A DNA stretch of 59,112 nucleotides from a virus (IMGVR_UViG_3300022923_000017:1-59112); one strand, 5' to 3'. Positions 44,565 through 54,419 are shown, counted from the stretch's first letter. Numbers and translations: made by a program. Notes: generated from the sequence alone by a model not told the origin.

Positions 44565-45836
44565 ATGAATATTCAAGACACACCACGTTCACTCGCTAAC
44601 GCTGTAAGTAACATTATGGCCGGTCACTCAATCGAAAAGGTTGAACTTACCGAAGCAAAAGAAACTACAGTACCATTCGAAAAGATGAACATTCTTACTC
44701 CCGACCAATGGGATCAAGTTCAGAACTTTAAAAACTTCAATAAGAAGGATTGGAAATGGAACGCAATCCAAAAGAAGTTCATCCGCTTAGAGAAGATTAA
44801 AGAAGAAGATGTTGAAGAAAGCAATGAGTTTACTGCAGCAGCTGCTAAAGCAAAGCTTGCTGGCAAAGATGAATTTGAATTTGATGGTAAAACATATCCT
44901 GTAGAGATCGAACAAGATGCTGCTGAAAAGATTCTTGGTAAGAAAGAATCTGTTGAAATCGAAGAAGCATCTAACGCAGATCTGAAGAAAGTTCTTGCTA
45001 CTGCTAAAAAGGTAGGTGCTGATGTTAAAGGAAATACAGCAGATTTTGGTCAAGGTGCAGTAATTGATTTTTCTATCGAAAAGGGTAAGATTAAGTTTGA
45101 TGGCGGTATGTCATCTGGCGTTGAATACTTTAAAAATGTTAAAGACGCAATTAGCGCATTGATGACTGGAGTTGACGAATCGATTGAAGAAGCAGTCAAA
45201 TTTTGGACAGTAACTGTCACTAAGAAAGCTGGTAAACTCTTTAAGGGTCAAACAGTTGATGTGAAAGCTAGTAATAGCGCTGAAGCCATTAAGAAAGGTC
45301 TGAAGCAAATGAAGGTTGACAATCCAATGACAGTTCCAAGTGGTAGTGTTGATGCTGTACTAGCTGAATCATCTGATCTTGAAGAAGCGGCAAAGCCATC
45401 GAACGGTAAATCAACTGTTGGTCTCGATGTAGTGGATGCCAAGGCCGCTATGAAGGACATGAAGAAGTTTAAGCTTAAAGCTAAAGAAGGTAAAGGAAAT
45501 GGCAGTGCTGATGAAGTTATTGTAACAGGTAAAAACGCTGACATCTTTAAGTATCTAAGATCTGATTATTACGATATGGACGCTGATGAGATCGAAGAAT
45601 TCTATCCTGAATTGTTTGAGTCTGTTGATCTTGAAGAAAGCGTTAACGAAAATCGAGCAGTTGTTCATAATCCAAGAGGTATCAGAGCGTTTATTAGACA
45701 AGTAGAGAAAAAGTTTCCTCAGTATAAAGGTGAAATTGAACAGCTTGAAGACGATGAGATTGTTTTTCCAGATGACGAAAAATTAAAGAAGTTTTTTAAA
45801 GGAGCAAGAGAAGTTAAGTTTGTTCTTACACGATAG
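44565..45836 (+). CDS. putative internal head polyprotein (about six modules)
   Basis: Linkers VELTEA, DVEES, ESVEIEEA, ESIEEA, ESSDLEEA, ESVDLEES. Confidence 0.65.
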   Translation: MNIQDTPRSLANAVSNIMAGHSIEKVELTEAKETTVPFEKMNILTPDQWDQVQNFKNFNKKDWKWNAIQKKFIRLEKIKEEDVEESNEFTAAAAKAKLAGKDEFEFDGKTYPVEIEQDAAEKILGKKESVEIEEASNADLKKVLATAKKVGADVKGNTADFGQGAVIDFSIEKGKIKFDGGMSSGVEYFKNVKDAISALMTGVDESIEEAVKFWTVTVTKKAGKLFKGQTVDVKASNSAEAIKKGLKQMKVDNPMTVPSGSVDAVLAESSDLEEAAKPSNGKSTVGLDVVDAKAAMKDMKKFKLKAKEGKGNGSADEVIVTGKNADIFKYLRSDYYDMDADEIEEFYPELFESVDLEESVNENRAVVHNPRGIRAFIRQVEKKFPQYKGEIEQLEDDEIVFPDDEKLKKFFKGAREVKFVLTR

Positions 45837-45890
45837 TGATGAATTATAATTTCGTATAAACAAAATCATAAACATAGAGAAATACTAAAT

Positions 45891-46094
45891 ATGTCCAAAA
45901 AAAGCAAATCCAAAAAAGTAAACGTAGAAGCTCCCGATCTTTTGATTGGCAATAACGTAATCATTGAAGAATCAATAAGTGAAAAGACTGAAAGTGCTAA
46001 GCCTCAGTCCTTTCGCTCTTTGAGAGCAGCTAAAAAATACGCTAAAGAAAATGGCGGAAAAGTGATAGAGAAAGGTAGATTTTACGTTCGTTAA
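45891..46094 (+). CDS. small basic hypothetical protein
   Basis: 67-aa ORF filling gap. Confidence 0.55.
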   Translation: MSKKSKSKKVNVEAPDLLIGNNVIIEESISEKTESAKPQSFRSLRAAKKYAKENGGKVIEKGRFYVR

Positions 46095-46110
46095 AGTTCA
46101 TAAATAGAAC

Positions 46111-46479
46111 ATGAAGCTATTCAGTGAACTAAATAATGAAAACTTTGAACTATATGCAGCTAAGCATTATTGTAACGAAGCTTGCCTAGATGTACAAGAA
46201 TTTAAAGAAGACGTAGCACGATTTAAGTATGTGCTACGTCTTCTTCGAAGATACAAAGAATCAGGTATCATACAAGAACGACTTGTATTAAATCACCTTA
46301 TTGTAATATATAACGTATTTAATATTTCAGCTGCAACTCGAATCCTCTTTCATAAGATCGAGCCAGATCTATGGCCTTCAATAAAAACGTTTTTAATTTA
46401 CCTGAGTTACATGCCTGAAGATAAATACAGTCAAGTAACGATCGATCTAACACTAGCAAAAAAACTACAAGCACTATAA
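46111..46479 (+). CDS. conserved T4-like hypothetical protein
   Basis: NFELYAAKHY, EFKEDVARFKY, ERLVLNHLI; CATAAATA just upstream. Confidence 0.75.
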   Translation: MKLFSELNNENFELYAAKHYCNEACLDVQEFKEDVARFKYVLRLLRRYKESGIIQERLVLNHLIVIYNVFNISAATRILFHKIEPDLWPSIKTFLIYLSYMPEDKYSQVTIDLTLAKKLQAL

Positions 46480-46480
46480 T

Positions 46481-47071
46481 ATGGGACTATTACGTACAGC
46501 AGACTTATTCTATTCACTTCGCTTTCTTCGATTGTTGACTACTCCGTGGAAAAAGACGAAGGCGTTTGAGTTAGGTCTATTAGATGCTAACGGTAAGGTA
46601 CTTAAGAAGCCTGAATCATCTACAGAAAAGGGAGCTTATAACCTATTCCATAGGTTGGTGTATAACCTAAAACGTCTGATAAACAAAGTACCTCTCGGCA
46701 AATCAACATTGGCTTCGTATGCTGCAGCGCTATATCTCATTAAAGAGAATACGAACATGTCCGATAAGGCTATATCAAAGACATTAAAGAATGCAACTGG
46801 AATTGATATCAGCCAAATAGATCTTACAGAACAAATCGCGGATAAATGGTATCTTATCAGTGAAAGCAATTGTATCCAAGAATCGAACTACACTCTCTTA
46901 AGAGATATTACTTTACCGCACACGGGCGAGCCACTCGCAAAGAAGAATACTACAGTTAGCATCAAAGAGCATGCGCCAGTTGGACATATATTTGGTCTTG
47001 CGGTGTATGAAGCTACTCACATCAAAACTAAACAAAAAATCTATATAACTCAGGGAGATATCGCACGATGA
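46481..47071 (+). CDS. conserved T4-like hypothetical protein
   Basis: RFLRLLTTPW, FHRLVYNLKR, SYAAALYLIKE. Confidence 0.75.
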   Translation: MGLLRTADLFYSLRFLRLLTTPWKKTKAFELGLLDANGKVLKKPESSTEKGAYNLFHRLVYNLKRLINKVPLGKSTLASYAAALYLIKENTNMSDKAISKTLKNATGIDISQIDLTEQIADKWYLISESNCIQESNYTLLRDITLPHTGEPLAKKNTTVSIKEHAPVGHIFGLAVYEATHIKTKQKIYITQGDIAR

Positions 47072-47355
47072 TTAATGATCAAGTTACAACTGCAGCTGTA
47101 GCAATAACGGACCGTCCTCTTGGCGCCAAAAAGAAAAAGAAGTATAAGGATTTTAATGTTCCGAGTGAGATATTCAGACGATTTGATACAGGTCGTAATA
47201 AGTTCGAAAGATGGTCTAAATATCTAGATCTACAAGACGAAAACCAAAAAAGCCTTTACGCTTACGCAAAGAAAAACAGAAATTCAGTTATCATATTGAG
47301 AGATGAGACGACTGGTGCACTTAGGTCTATTAGACGCAGGGCTGCTAATGAATAA
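47068..47355 (+). CDS. conserved hypothetical basic protein
   Basis: KFERWSKYL, IILRDETTGAL. Confidence 0.65.
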   Translation: MINDQVTTAAVAITDRPLGAKKKKKYKDFNVPSEIFRRFDTGRNKFERWSKYLDLQDENQKSLYAYAKKNRNSVIILRDETTGALRSIRRRAANE

Positions 47356-47368
47356 AAACATATTATTG

Positions 47369-47397
47369 TTTACATCGTTAGCCTTTTAGTATAGTAT
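47369..47397 (+). promoter_or_regulatory. early-type promoter for nrdB
   Basis: GTTTACA-17-TAGTAT. Confidence 0.55.
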
Positions 47398-47426
47398 ATA
47401 CCTTAGCACCACTCAATTAACACTCT

Positions 47427-48401
47427 ATGATATTCGAAGAACAAATCTCCCGCAAACCTGATCACTATCCTTGGACTGAAGAGTTCATCGAAGCTATGCA
47501 CAATGGCTTTTGGACCGACAAGGAATTCAATTTCCAGTCTGACATCCAGGATTTCAAAGTCAACCTAACTGATAAAGAACGTGATATGATCTCGCGGAGC
47601 TTATCGGCTATCGCACAGATCGAAGTTGCGGTAAAAACCTTTTGGGCTAATGTTGGCCAGAACCTTCCTCATCCATCAATCACTGATCTTGGTTATGTGA
47701 TGGCAAATGTCGAGGTTATCCATAATAATGCATACGAGAGATTGCTCGATGTATTGGATATGAACGATATCTTTGAAGAGAATCTTAAGCTTGATATCAT
47801 TCAGAATCGAGTAAAGTATCTTCGTAAGTATCTTCACAAATACTATAAGGACTCAAAGAAACAATACGTGTATTCTCTTATTCTTTTTACATTGTATGTA
47901 GAGAACGTATCGTTGTTTAGTCAGTTCTATACAATCAATTACTTTAATCGCTTCCGCAATCTTCTTAAGGATACTGCTCAGCAAGTAGCATACACTTCAA
48001 AGGAAGAACTGCTTCATGCTATGGTTGGTATGAAGCTTGTAAATGTTATTAGAGAAGAGCATCCAGAGTTGTTCGATGAAGAGTTTGTAGAGCGTATTCG
48101 CCATGAGTGCGAAGAAGCTTATAAGGCAGAATCCAAAATCATTGAATGGTCAGTGAATGGTTATGAGTCAGAGCATCTAAGCACTCCTATCCTACAGAAT
48201 TTTATTAAGAATCGACTCAATGATTCTCTTACACAGATTGGTATTGAGCCAGTGTTTGATGATGTCGATCAAGAGATGTTAACGAAAACAGAATGGTTCG
48301 ACGAGGACGTTCTTGGAAATACTTCTACTGACTTTTTCAGTAAGAGACCTACAGAATATTCTAAGAACGATAAATCGTACGGTGAAGAAGATTTGTTCTA
48401 A
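47427..48401 (+). CDS. nrdB: class I ribonucleotide reductase beta subunit
   Basis: FWTDKE, EVIHNNAY, ENVSLFSQF, EELLH, DFF tail. Confidence 0.93.
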   Translation: MIFEEQISRKPDHYPWTEEFIEAMHNGFWTDKEFNFQSDIQDFKVNLTDKERDMISRSLSAIAQIEVAVKTFWANVGQNLPHPSITDLGYVMANVEVIHNNAYERLLDVLDMNDIFEENLKLDIIQNRVKYLRKYLHKYYKDSKKQYVYSLILFTLYVENVSLFSQFYTINYFNRFRNLLKDTAQQVAYTSKEELLHAMVGMKLVNVIREEHPELFDEEFVERIRHECEEAYKAESKIIEWSVNGYESEHLSTPILQNFIKNRLNDSLTQIGIEPVFDDVDQEMLTKTEWFDEDVLGNTSTDFFSKRPTEYSKNDKSYGEEDLF

Positions 48402-48429
48402 TTGAACGTAAAAAGTGTATATATATATT

Positions 48430-50076
48430 ATGGAAAAATACTATTGGTTAAATGACGATTCGCGGAAGTTCCTGAAACGCGGATACTTAACAGGAGATCA
48501 AACTCCTGAAGAACGAATCACATACATCGCAAAGACTGCTGAGAGTGACTTAAAGAAAGCAGGTTTCGCAGAGAAGTTTGAAGAGTATATGTCATATGGA
48601 TGGTATTCATTGTCATCTCCTATTTGGGCTAACTACGGAATGGAGAGAGGTTTACCTATCTCATGCTTTGGTTCTTATGTCGATGATACTCTAGAATCGA
48701 TACTTACTAAGCAAGCTGAAGTAGGTATGATGACGAAAATGGGAGGTGGAACATCTGCTTACTTTGGAGACATTCGTAAGAGAGGTGCAAATATTGGCAC
48801 TGGTGGAAAGTCGAATGGTCCAGTTCACTTCATGGAGTTATTCGAATCAGTGACAAATGTTGTTTCTCAGAGTAATGTTCGTAGAGGATCATTCGCAGCT
48901 TACATGCCTATTGATCATGCTGACATCTTAGAGTTCTTACAGATCCGCAGTGATGGTAACAGTATTCAGAATCTTTCTATTGGTGTGTCAGTCTCTGATA
49001 AGTGGATGAAGTCAATGGTTGATGGAGATAAGGATAAGCGAAAGGTATGGGGCAAAGTAATTAAGAAGCGATATGAATCTGGTTATCCATATATCTTCTT
49101 TAGTGATACTATTAATGATAACGCTCCAGATGTTTATAAGGACAAAGGCCATACGATCCACGCTTCTAATCTATGTTCTGAGATCGCTCTATCATCAAGT
49201 AACGATGAGTCATTCGTATGCAACCTATCATCGATGAACCTACTTCACTATGACGATTGGAAAGGCACTGATGCAGTTGAAGTTCTTACATACTTCCTCG
49301 ATGCGGTAATGTCTGAGTTCATCCGTAAGACTGAAGATATTCCATTCATGGAAGCTCCTCGTAAGTTTGCAACAACTCAACGAGCACTTGGTATTGGTGT
49401 CCTTGGTTGGCACTCATATCTACAGAGTAAATCAATCCCGTTCGAAAGCTTTGAAGCAAAGCAGCTCACGACTGACATTTTCAGATACATGAAAAGAGAA
49501 TCACACGATGCATCTGCGTCTCTTGCAAAAGAATATGGTGAGCCTGAATTGTTAAAGGGTTACGGTCGTAGGAATGTCACTACAATGGCGATTGCTCCTA
49601 CTACATCAAGTTCGTTTATTCTTGGTCAAGTATCGCCGAGTGTTGAACCTCTTAACAGTAACTACTTCGTTAAAGACCTTGCAAAGGGTAAGTTTACATA
49701 TAAGAATCCATATCTAGAAAGAGTGCTTGATGGCTACAGTAAGAATAACGGTCCAACATGGAAATCTATTCTAGTGCACGGAGGTTCAGTTCAGCACCTC
49801 GACTTCTTATCTGATCATGAGAAAGACGTGTTTAAGACGTTTGGTGAGATCTCTCAGAAGGAGGTTATTATTCAGACTGCTATCCGTCAAACCAATATCG
49901 ATCAAGCACAGAGTATTAATCTAATGATTCATCCTAAGACTCCACCGAAAGAGGTAAATCAGCTTCTTATCTTCGCGTGGGAGCAAGGTGTAAAGACACT
50001 ATACTATCATCGTGGTACTAATCCATCTCAAGAACTCTCTCGTAACTTACTTCAATGCGCATCGTGCGAAGGATAA
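48430..50076 (+). CDS. nrdA: class I ribonucleotide reductase alpha subunit, short form without ATP cone
   Basis: PISCF, SNLCSEI, VCNLSS, IAPTTSSS, KTLYY, C-terminal CASCEG. Confidence 0.94.
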   Translation: MEKYYWLNDDSRKFLKRGYLTGDQTPEERITYIAKTAESDLKKAGFAEKFEEYMSYGWYSLSSPIWANYGMERGLPISCFGSYVDDTLESILTKQAEVGMMTKMGGGTSAYFGDIRKRGANIGTGGKSNGPVHFMELFESVTNVVSQSNVRRGSFAAYMPIDHADILEFLQIRSDGNSIQNLSIGVSVSDKWMKSMVDGDKDKRKVWGKVIKKRYESGYPYIFFSDTINDNAPDVYKDKGHTIHASNLCSEIALSSSNDESFVCNLSSMNLLHYDDWKGTDAVEVLTYFLDAVMSEFIRKTEDIPFMEAPRKFATTQRALGIGVLGWHSYLQSKSIPFESFEAKQLTTDIFRYMKRESHDASASLAKEYGEPELLKGYGRRNVTTMAIAPTTSSSFILGQVSPSVEPLNSNYFVKDLAKGKFTYKNPYLERVLDGYSKNNGPTWKSILVHGGSVQHLDFLSDHEKDVFKTFGEISQKEVIIQTAIRQTNIDQAQSINLMIHPKTPPKEVNQLLIFAWEQGVKTLYYHRGTNPSQELSRNLLQCASCEG

Positions 50077-50237
50077 TGATTAAAGAAACACAATACTGTA
50101 ACGCTTGCGCTTCTCAATATACTGTTCAGTGGCTTGAGCAAGATATTGATGAAGACTTAGTTCCAACATATTGCCCATTCTGTAGTGAAGAAAACTTCGG
50201 AGAGTTCGATCTAATCGAGACCAACGAGTTCGAATAG
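50076..50237 (+). CDS. small zinc-ribbon protein
   Basis: CNAC...CPFC. Confidence 0.65.
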   Translation: MIKETQYCNACASQYTVQWLEQDIDEDLVPTYCPFCSEENFGEFDLIETNEFE

Positions 50238-50240
50238 GTT

Positions 50241-50248
50241 TATAAATA
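50241..50248 (+). promoter_or_regulatory. late promoter
   Basis: TATAAATA 5 nt before ATG 50254. Confidence 0.7.
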
Positions 50249-50253
50249 ACTCT

Positions 50254-50682
50254 ATGTGGAGTTATAAAGGTGAGGAGTTTACTAGTGAGATGATCGGTGC
50301 CTATATCGGATTCGTCTATATGGTCACCGATAAGGAGACTGGTATGAAGTATATCGGAAAGAAAGGCTTCTTCTCGAAAGTAACTAAACCACCATTGAAG
50401 GGAAAGAAGCGCAAGAGAAGATCATTAAAGGAATCTGATTGGAAAACATATTGTGGTTCAAGCGAAGCGGTAAAGCTTATTGTCGAAGAGAACGGTTTAG
50501 ATCACTTCGATCGAGAGATACTACATCTATGTAAGAGTAAGGGTGAACTGAATTATATTGAAATGAAAGAACAGATCGTACGCGATGTTCTACTAAAGCC
50601 GAATGAATATCACAACGCCTTCGTAGGTGGGAAAATCCACCGCGCTCATCTTAAGCCTCTGTGGATAGAGGAAAGAATTTAA
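50254..50682 (+). CDS. GIY-YIG-family nuclease
   Basis: GFVY...KYIGKK, ESDWKTYCGSS, conserved E and N. Confidence 0.75.
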   Translation: MWSYKGEEFTSEMIGAYIGFVYMVTDKETGMKYIGKKGFFSKVTKPPLKGKKRKRRSLKESDWKTYCGSSEAVKLIVEENGLDHFDREILHLCKSKGELNYIEMKEQIVRDVLLKPNEYHNAFVGGKIHRAHLKPLWIEERI

Positions 50683-50685
50683 TTG

Positions 50686-50714
50686 TTTACATTAGCGCTA
50701 AAATAGTGTATAAT
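50686..50714 (+). promoter_or_regulatory. early-type promoter for rnh
   Basis: GTTTACA-17-TATAAT. Confidence 0.75.
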
Positions 50715-50747
50715 CTATATAAGATTAAACAATAAAGGAAATATATT

Positions 50748-51617
50748 ATGATTATAGTTGACTACTCAGGTATCGCAGTTGCGGCCTTCTTTGCCAATTC
50801 AAAGGGTAATGAAGCACCAACAGAAGACATATTACGACACGTCGTGCTGAATAGCCTTCGCATGTATAACATGAAGTTCAGAGAAGAATATGGACAAATG
50901 GTTGTTGCGTGTGATGGTGGATCTTGGCGTAAAGACGTCTTTCCACAATATAAAGCTAATCGAGCAAAAGCACGAGATAGCTCTGCTATGGATTGGTCTG
51001 CGTTTTTCGATACTCTTACTAAGGTTCGCGAAGAGATCGGTGCCAATCTTCCATGGATACCACTTCATATGCGTGGTGTCGAGGCTGATGATATTATCGC
51101 ATGTCTTGTACAAGAAACACAAGAGTTCGGTAAGAACGAAAAGGTCATGATCGTATCGGCTGATAAAGACTTCATCCAGCTCCACAAGTATAAGAATGTA
51201 AAGCAGTTTTCTCCTATGAAGAAGAAGCTTATTACTGAAAAGGATCCAGTTCAATATATCAAAGAACATATCTTTAGAGGTGATTCAAGCGATGGTGTAC
51301 CAAATGTACTAAGTGCTGATAGCGTCTTTATCGACGAAGGCTCTAGACAGACACCACTATCTAAGAAGAAAATCAACGAGTGGTTAGAGAACTATGATTC
51401 TCTATCGACTATTATGCCTGAGCATGTATACCGTAACTTTCAACGCAATCAAAAGGTTATTGATCTTGACTTCATTCCTGAAGATATCAAATCAGAAATC
51501 CTTGACATATACAATAACACAAAACCAGCTCCGAAGATGAAGGTCCTAAACTACCTAATCACAAATCGACTTAGCAATTTAGTCCCATCAGCTTCGGATT
51601 TTTTCCCACATGAATAA
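50748..51617 (+). CDS. rnh: T4-type RNase H / 5'-3' exonuclease
   Basis: WRKDVFPQYKANR, EADDII, SADKDFIQL, GDSSDGVPN. Confidence 0.93.
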   Translation: MIIVDYSGIAVAAFFANSKGNEAPTEDILRHVVLNSLRMYNMKFREEYGQMVVACDGGSWRKDVFPQYKANRAKARDSSAMDWSAFFDTLTKVREEIGANLPWIPLHMRGVEADDIIACLVQETQEFGKNEKVMIVSADKDFIQLHKYKNVKQFSPMKKKLITEKDPVQYIKEHIFRGDSSDGVPNVLSADSVFIDEGSRQTPLSKKKINEWLENYDSLSTIMPEHVYRNFQRNQKVIDLDFIPEDIKSEILDIYNNTKPAPKMKVLNYLITNRLSNLVPSASDFFPHE

Positions 51618-52044
51618 AACTAATACAGAAAAACTACTACACGAGTTGCTCGAAGAAGCACAAAACCTACCAACAAGAGCTGAACGCATTGAGCTTTTAA
51701 AAAAGTATGATGGATTTGCTCTTCGGACTATCCTTCAATTGGCGCATAATCCTAAGATCGAATTGGATTTTCCAGAAGGTGCACCTCCATATAAAAAGAG
51801 TGAGACACCACTTGGCTTACAGCAAGCGCGTTTGAAAAACATTATCGGCGGGCTGGGTTCATGTGTAAAGGGCAATAAGGTTTCGTCCGTAAAGAAGGAG
51901 CAAATCCTTATTCGGCTTTTGGAATCAGTAGACGCAAAGGATGCTGAGATCATTATTGCTGCAAAGGATAAGGTTCTCCATAAGCTATACACTAAAGTCA
52001 CTGAAAACTTAGTAGAGAAGACGTTCCCTGCTTTATTGAAATAA
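51610..52044 (+). CDS. conserved T4-like hypothetical protein
   Basis: FPEGAPPYK, KKEQILIRLLESV..KDAE; follows rnh. Confidence 0.7.
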   Translation: MNKTNTEKLLHELLEEAQNLPTRAERIELLKKYDGFALRTILQLAHNPKIELDFPEGAPPYKKSETPLGLQQARLKNIIGGLGSCVKGNKVSSVKKEQILIRLLESVDAKDAEIIIAAKDKVLHKLYTKVTENLVEKTFPALLK

Positions 52045-52047
52045 GTA

Positions 52048-52076
52048 TTTACATTTGACTTAAAGTATGGTATAAT
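52048..52076 (+). promoter_or_regulatory. early-type promoter
   Basis: TTTACA-17-TATAAT, ATG 6 nt downstream. Confidence 0.75.
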
Positions 52077-52082
52077 AATGGT

Positions 52083-52628
52083 ATGAACGTATTCGTATTA
52101 GATAATGATCCAATAATCGCAGCACAAATGCACTGTGATAAACATACGCCTAAGATGATTGTCGAATCTGCTCAGATGCTATCAACTGCACATCGTATGC
52201 TTGATGGCTCTGAGGAGAGGAGACCTTCAAATTCTGGTAAAACAATGTCGCGCTATTGGGTACTACCTGATCATCGCGAAGATACTTACTATAAGGCAGT
52301 GCATATGCATCATCCTTGTACTGTATGGACAATGGCGACTATCGAAAACTATCGTTGGCATTGGAAGTTGTTCGATGCTCTATGTAAAGAATACACCTTC
52401 CGTTATGGTAAACTCCATAAGTCTGATGACTTGCTTCGAAAGGATTTATTCTATGGACCAGCTAATATTCCAGATGGGCCACTCACTAAATGGCCTCTAG
52501 CTATGAAGTCAAATCCAGAATGTATGTTCGATGATGTTGTTAAATCATACCGTGCATTCTATAAAACAAAACAAGAACGGTTCAAAATGGTTTGGACTAA
52601 AAGAGAGAAACCAGTTTGGTTTAATTAA
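52083..52628 (+). CDS. pyrimidine-dimer DNA glycosylase-like protein
   Basis: MNVFVLD, DKH..KMIVESAQML, HPCTVW, EY..RYGK.H. Confidence 0.75.
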   Translation: MNVFVLDNDPIIAAQMHCDKHTPKMIVESAQMLSTAHRMLDGSEERRPSNSGKTMSRYWVLPDHREDTYYKAVHMHHPCTVWTMATIENYRWHWKLFDALCKEYTFRYGKLHKSDDLLRKDLFYGPANIPDGPLTKWPLAMKSNPECMFDDVVKSYRAFYKTKQERFKMVWTKREKPVWFN

Positions 52629-52629
52629 T

Positions 52630-52884
52630 ATGACATACGATTACTATTGTGATAAGTGCGATAAGATATGGGAAGAATCTCATGCTATTGCAGATCGAGA
52701 TAAGCCTTGCGGCAAATCATGCCCGTGCGAGAAAGATGGAAAGGTGAAACGTGGAGTATGTGCACCAGCGTTATCGTTCGAAGGATCTGTTTCAACTATT
52801 CGGAAAGCTGGATCAGGTTGGAATGATCTTCTAACAGGAATCAATAAAGCATCGGGTGTAGAATCTACTATTGAACATTACTAA
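52630..52884 (+). CDS. FmdB-like zinc-ribbon protein
   Basis: TYDYYCDKC...CPC. Confidence 0.7.
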   Translation: MTYDYYCDKCDKIWEESHAIADRDKPCGKSCPCEKDGKVKRGVCAPALSFEGSVSTIRKAGSGWNDLLTGINKASGVESTIEHY

Positions 52885-52886
52885 AA

Positions 52887-53084
52887 ATGAAAAGGAATAA
52901 ACAGTCTGTAAGGAATAAGACAGCTAATGTATATGGTGAACTTGATACTTTCGAACGAAAGAAGAAGCGCCAACAGAAACTAAATCGTGGGAAGAAGTCT
53001 TTCGCAAATCAATATGAGAGAGAAGATTACTTTGACAACATCGACTATTACGAATCACCTAACACTCTTGAAGACTATGAATAA
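52887..53084 (+). CDS. small hypothetical protein
   Basis: 65-aa ORF. Confidence 0.5.
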   Translation: MKRNKQSVRNKTANVYGELDTFERKKKRQQKLNRGKKSFANQYEREDYFDNIDYYESPNTLEDYE

Positions 53085-53134
53085 ACAATTGGAACTATTC
53101 CCTACGCTCTATACACAACTCACATTTGCATTCT

Positions 53135-53839
53135 ATGATACCTCAGCCACTTAGTCGAACAAAAACATTTAAGCACTGTCCTGTTAAATTGGGATATGAT
53201 GACTTAAACACAGAGACAACTAACTCTAAACGTAAGTATGTTACTCCCGTTGGAAAGACATATCCGTCTATTACATCTATTCTTGGATACTTTACGAAGG
53301 CATCTATTATAGCATGGCGTAATAGGGTTGGCGCTGAAGAAGCAAATCGCGTCACGCGTCACGCCTGCGGGCGGGGGAATGCTGTTCACTCTATTGCTGA
53401 ACGATATATTAATAACGAAGAAGACTTCATGAAAGGAGAGAATCTTCCACATATCGTACAGTTGGCACGTGCAGTGAAAGGTGTTATTGATGAAAGGTTG
53501 GATTCTGTTGTTCTTCAAGAATGTCCTCTCTATTCAGATCAATTAAAAGCTGCTGGTCGAGTTGACTTGATTGGTAACTTTGATGACGAACTGTCTATTG
53601 TAGACTTTAAGACGTCGAAGAGAATCAAATCACGTGATGAGATTGAGGACTATTTCATTCAAGCGTGTGCATATTCGTGTATGTTCGAAGAAAGAACTGG
53701 CACACCTATTGAACAATTAGTGATTATTATGGCTGTCGATGGATCTAATACACCTATCGTATTTAAAGAAAGAACCACTGATTGGCTCGAACCAATGGTA
53801 AAGAAGATCACTTCATATCATGCACAAAACCCTAGCTGA
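53135..53839 (+). CDS. PD-(D/E)XK exonuclease (RecB/Cas4-like fold)
   Basis: YPSITSIL, RGNAVH, AGRVDLI, IVDFKTS, YFIQACAY. Confidence 0.85.
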   Translation: MIPQPLSRTKTFKHCPVKLGYDDLNTETTNSKRKYVTPVGKTYPSITSILGYFTKASIIAWRNRVGAEEANRVTRHACGRGNAVHSIAERYINNEEDFMKGENLPHIVQLARAVKGVIDERLDSVVLQECPLYSDQLKAAGRVDLIGNFDDELSIVDFKTSKRIKSRDEIEDYFIQACAYSCMFEERTGTPIEQLVIIMAVDGSNTPIVFKERTTDWLEPMVKKITSYHAQNPS

Positions 53840-54419
53840 GTATATTTTACATTTAAAGGATGCGATGCCTTTAGATATGTGTGAGAAGCTAATCGAGACG
53901 TATGACTCTGTTAGCCATTCTGATCCTAATTATGTAAAACGTGAGAGTAAGATCTTTGACTTTGCTGAGATCAATATGCTCGATCATTCGGCCTTTGCTG
54001 AGTTTCGCGAGCCGATGGGCGAGTTGATGAGAGCGGTAAATAACTTCTATATGGATAAGACACATAATGCACTACGCGATAAGCTAGTGTGCTATGAGCC
54101 AATGAAGGATTATGAAGCTCCACGAATCAAGAGATATGAGCCTAATCAGGGAATCTTTGATTGGCATATTGATGCTGCTGATCAATCCTCTTCAAAGAGA
54201 GCAGTGGTCATGTTCTGGTATCTCAATGATGTTGCTGAAGGAGGAGAAACGATCTTCGATATCGGCGACGAAGTGGCTATAAAGCCCGAAGCTGGATCTG
54301 TGGTATGCTTCCCACCGACATGGCAGTACCCACATAAGGGTGCTACACCGATCTCTGGACCTAAATATGTCGTATCATCATACGTCTGGTTGCCTGTAGA
54401 TCATCCAATGTGTGACTAA
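53820..54419 (+). CDS. 2OG-Fe(II) oxygenase (prolyl-hydroxylase-like)
   Basis: WHID, YLNDVAEGGET, FPP..YPHKG, KY. Confidence 0.85.
   Translation: MHKTLAEYILHLKDAMPLDMCEKLIETYDSVSHSDPNYVKRESKIFDFAEINMLDHSAFAEFREPMGELMRAVNNFYMDKTHNALRDKLVCYEPMKDYEAPRIKRYEPNQGIFDWHIDAADQSSSKRAVVMFWYLNDVAEGGETIFDIGDEVAIKPEAGSVVCFPPTWQYPHKGATPISGPKYVVSSYVWLPVDHPMCD

Noticed and set aside
50254-50682. Calling this gene denA or a mobile homing endonuclease
   Set aside because: GIY-YIG motif and nrd proximity are suggestive, but it has a late promoter, no DNA-binding extension and no intron context; left at family level
53135-53839. Cas4 / CRISPR-associated gene
   Set aside because: No four-Cys Fe-S pattern, array or other cas genes; common T4-like exonuclease
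53820-54419. TET/JBP dioxygenase acting with the C5-MTase
   Set aside because: Motifs fit prolyl-hydroxylase-like 2OG oxygenases and the gene lies 20 kb from the modification cluster
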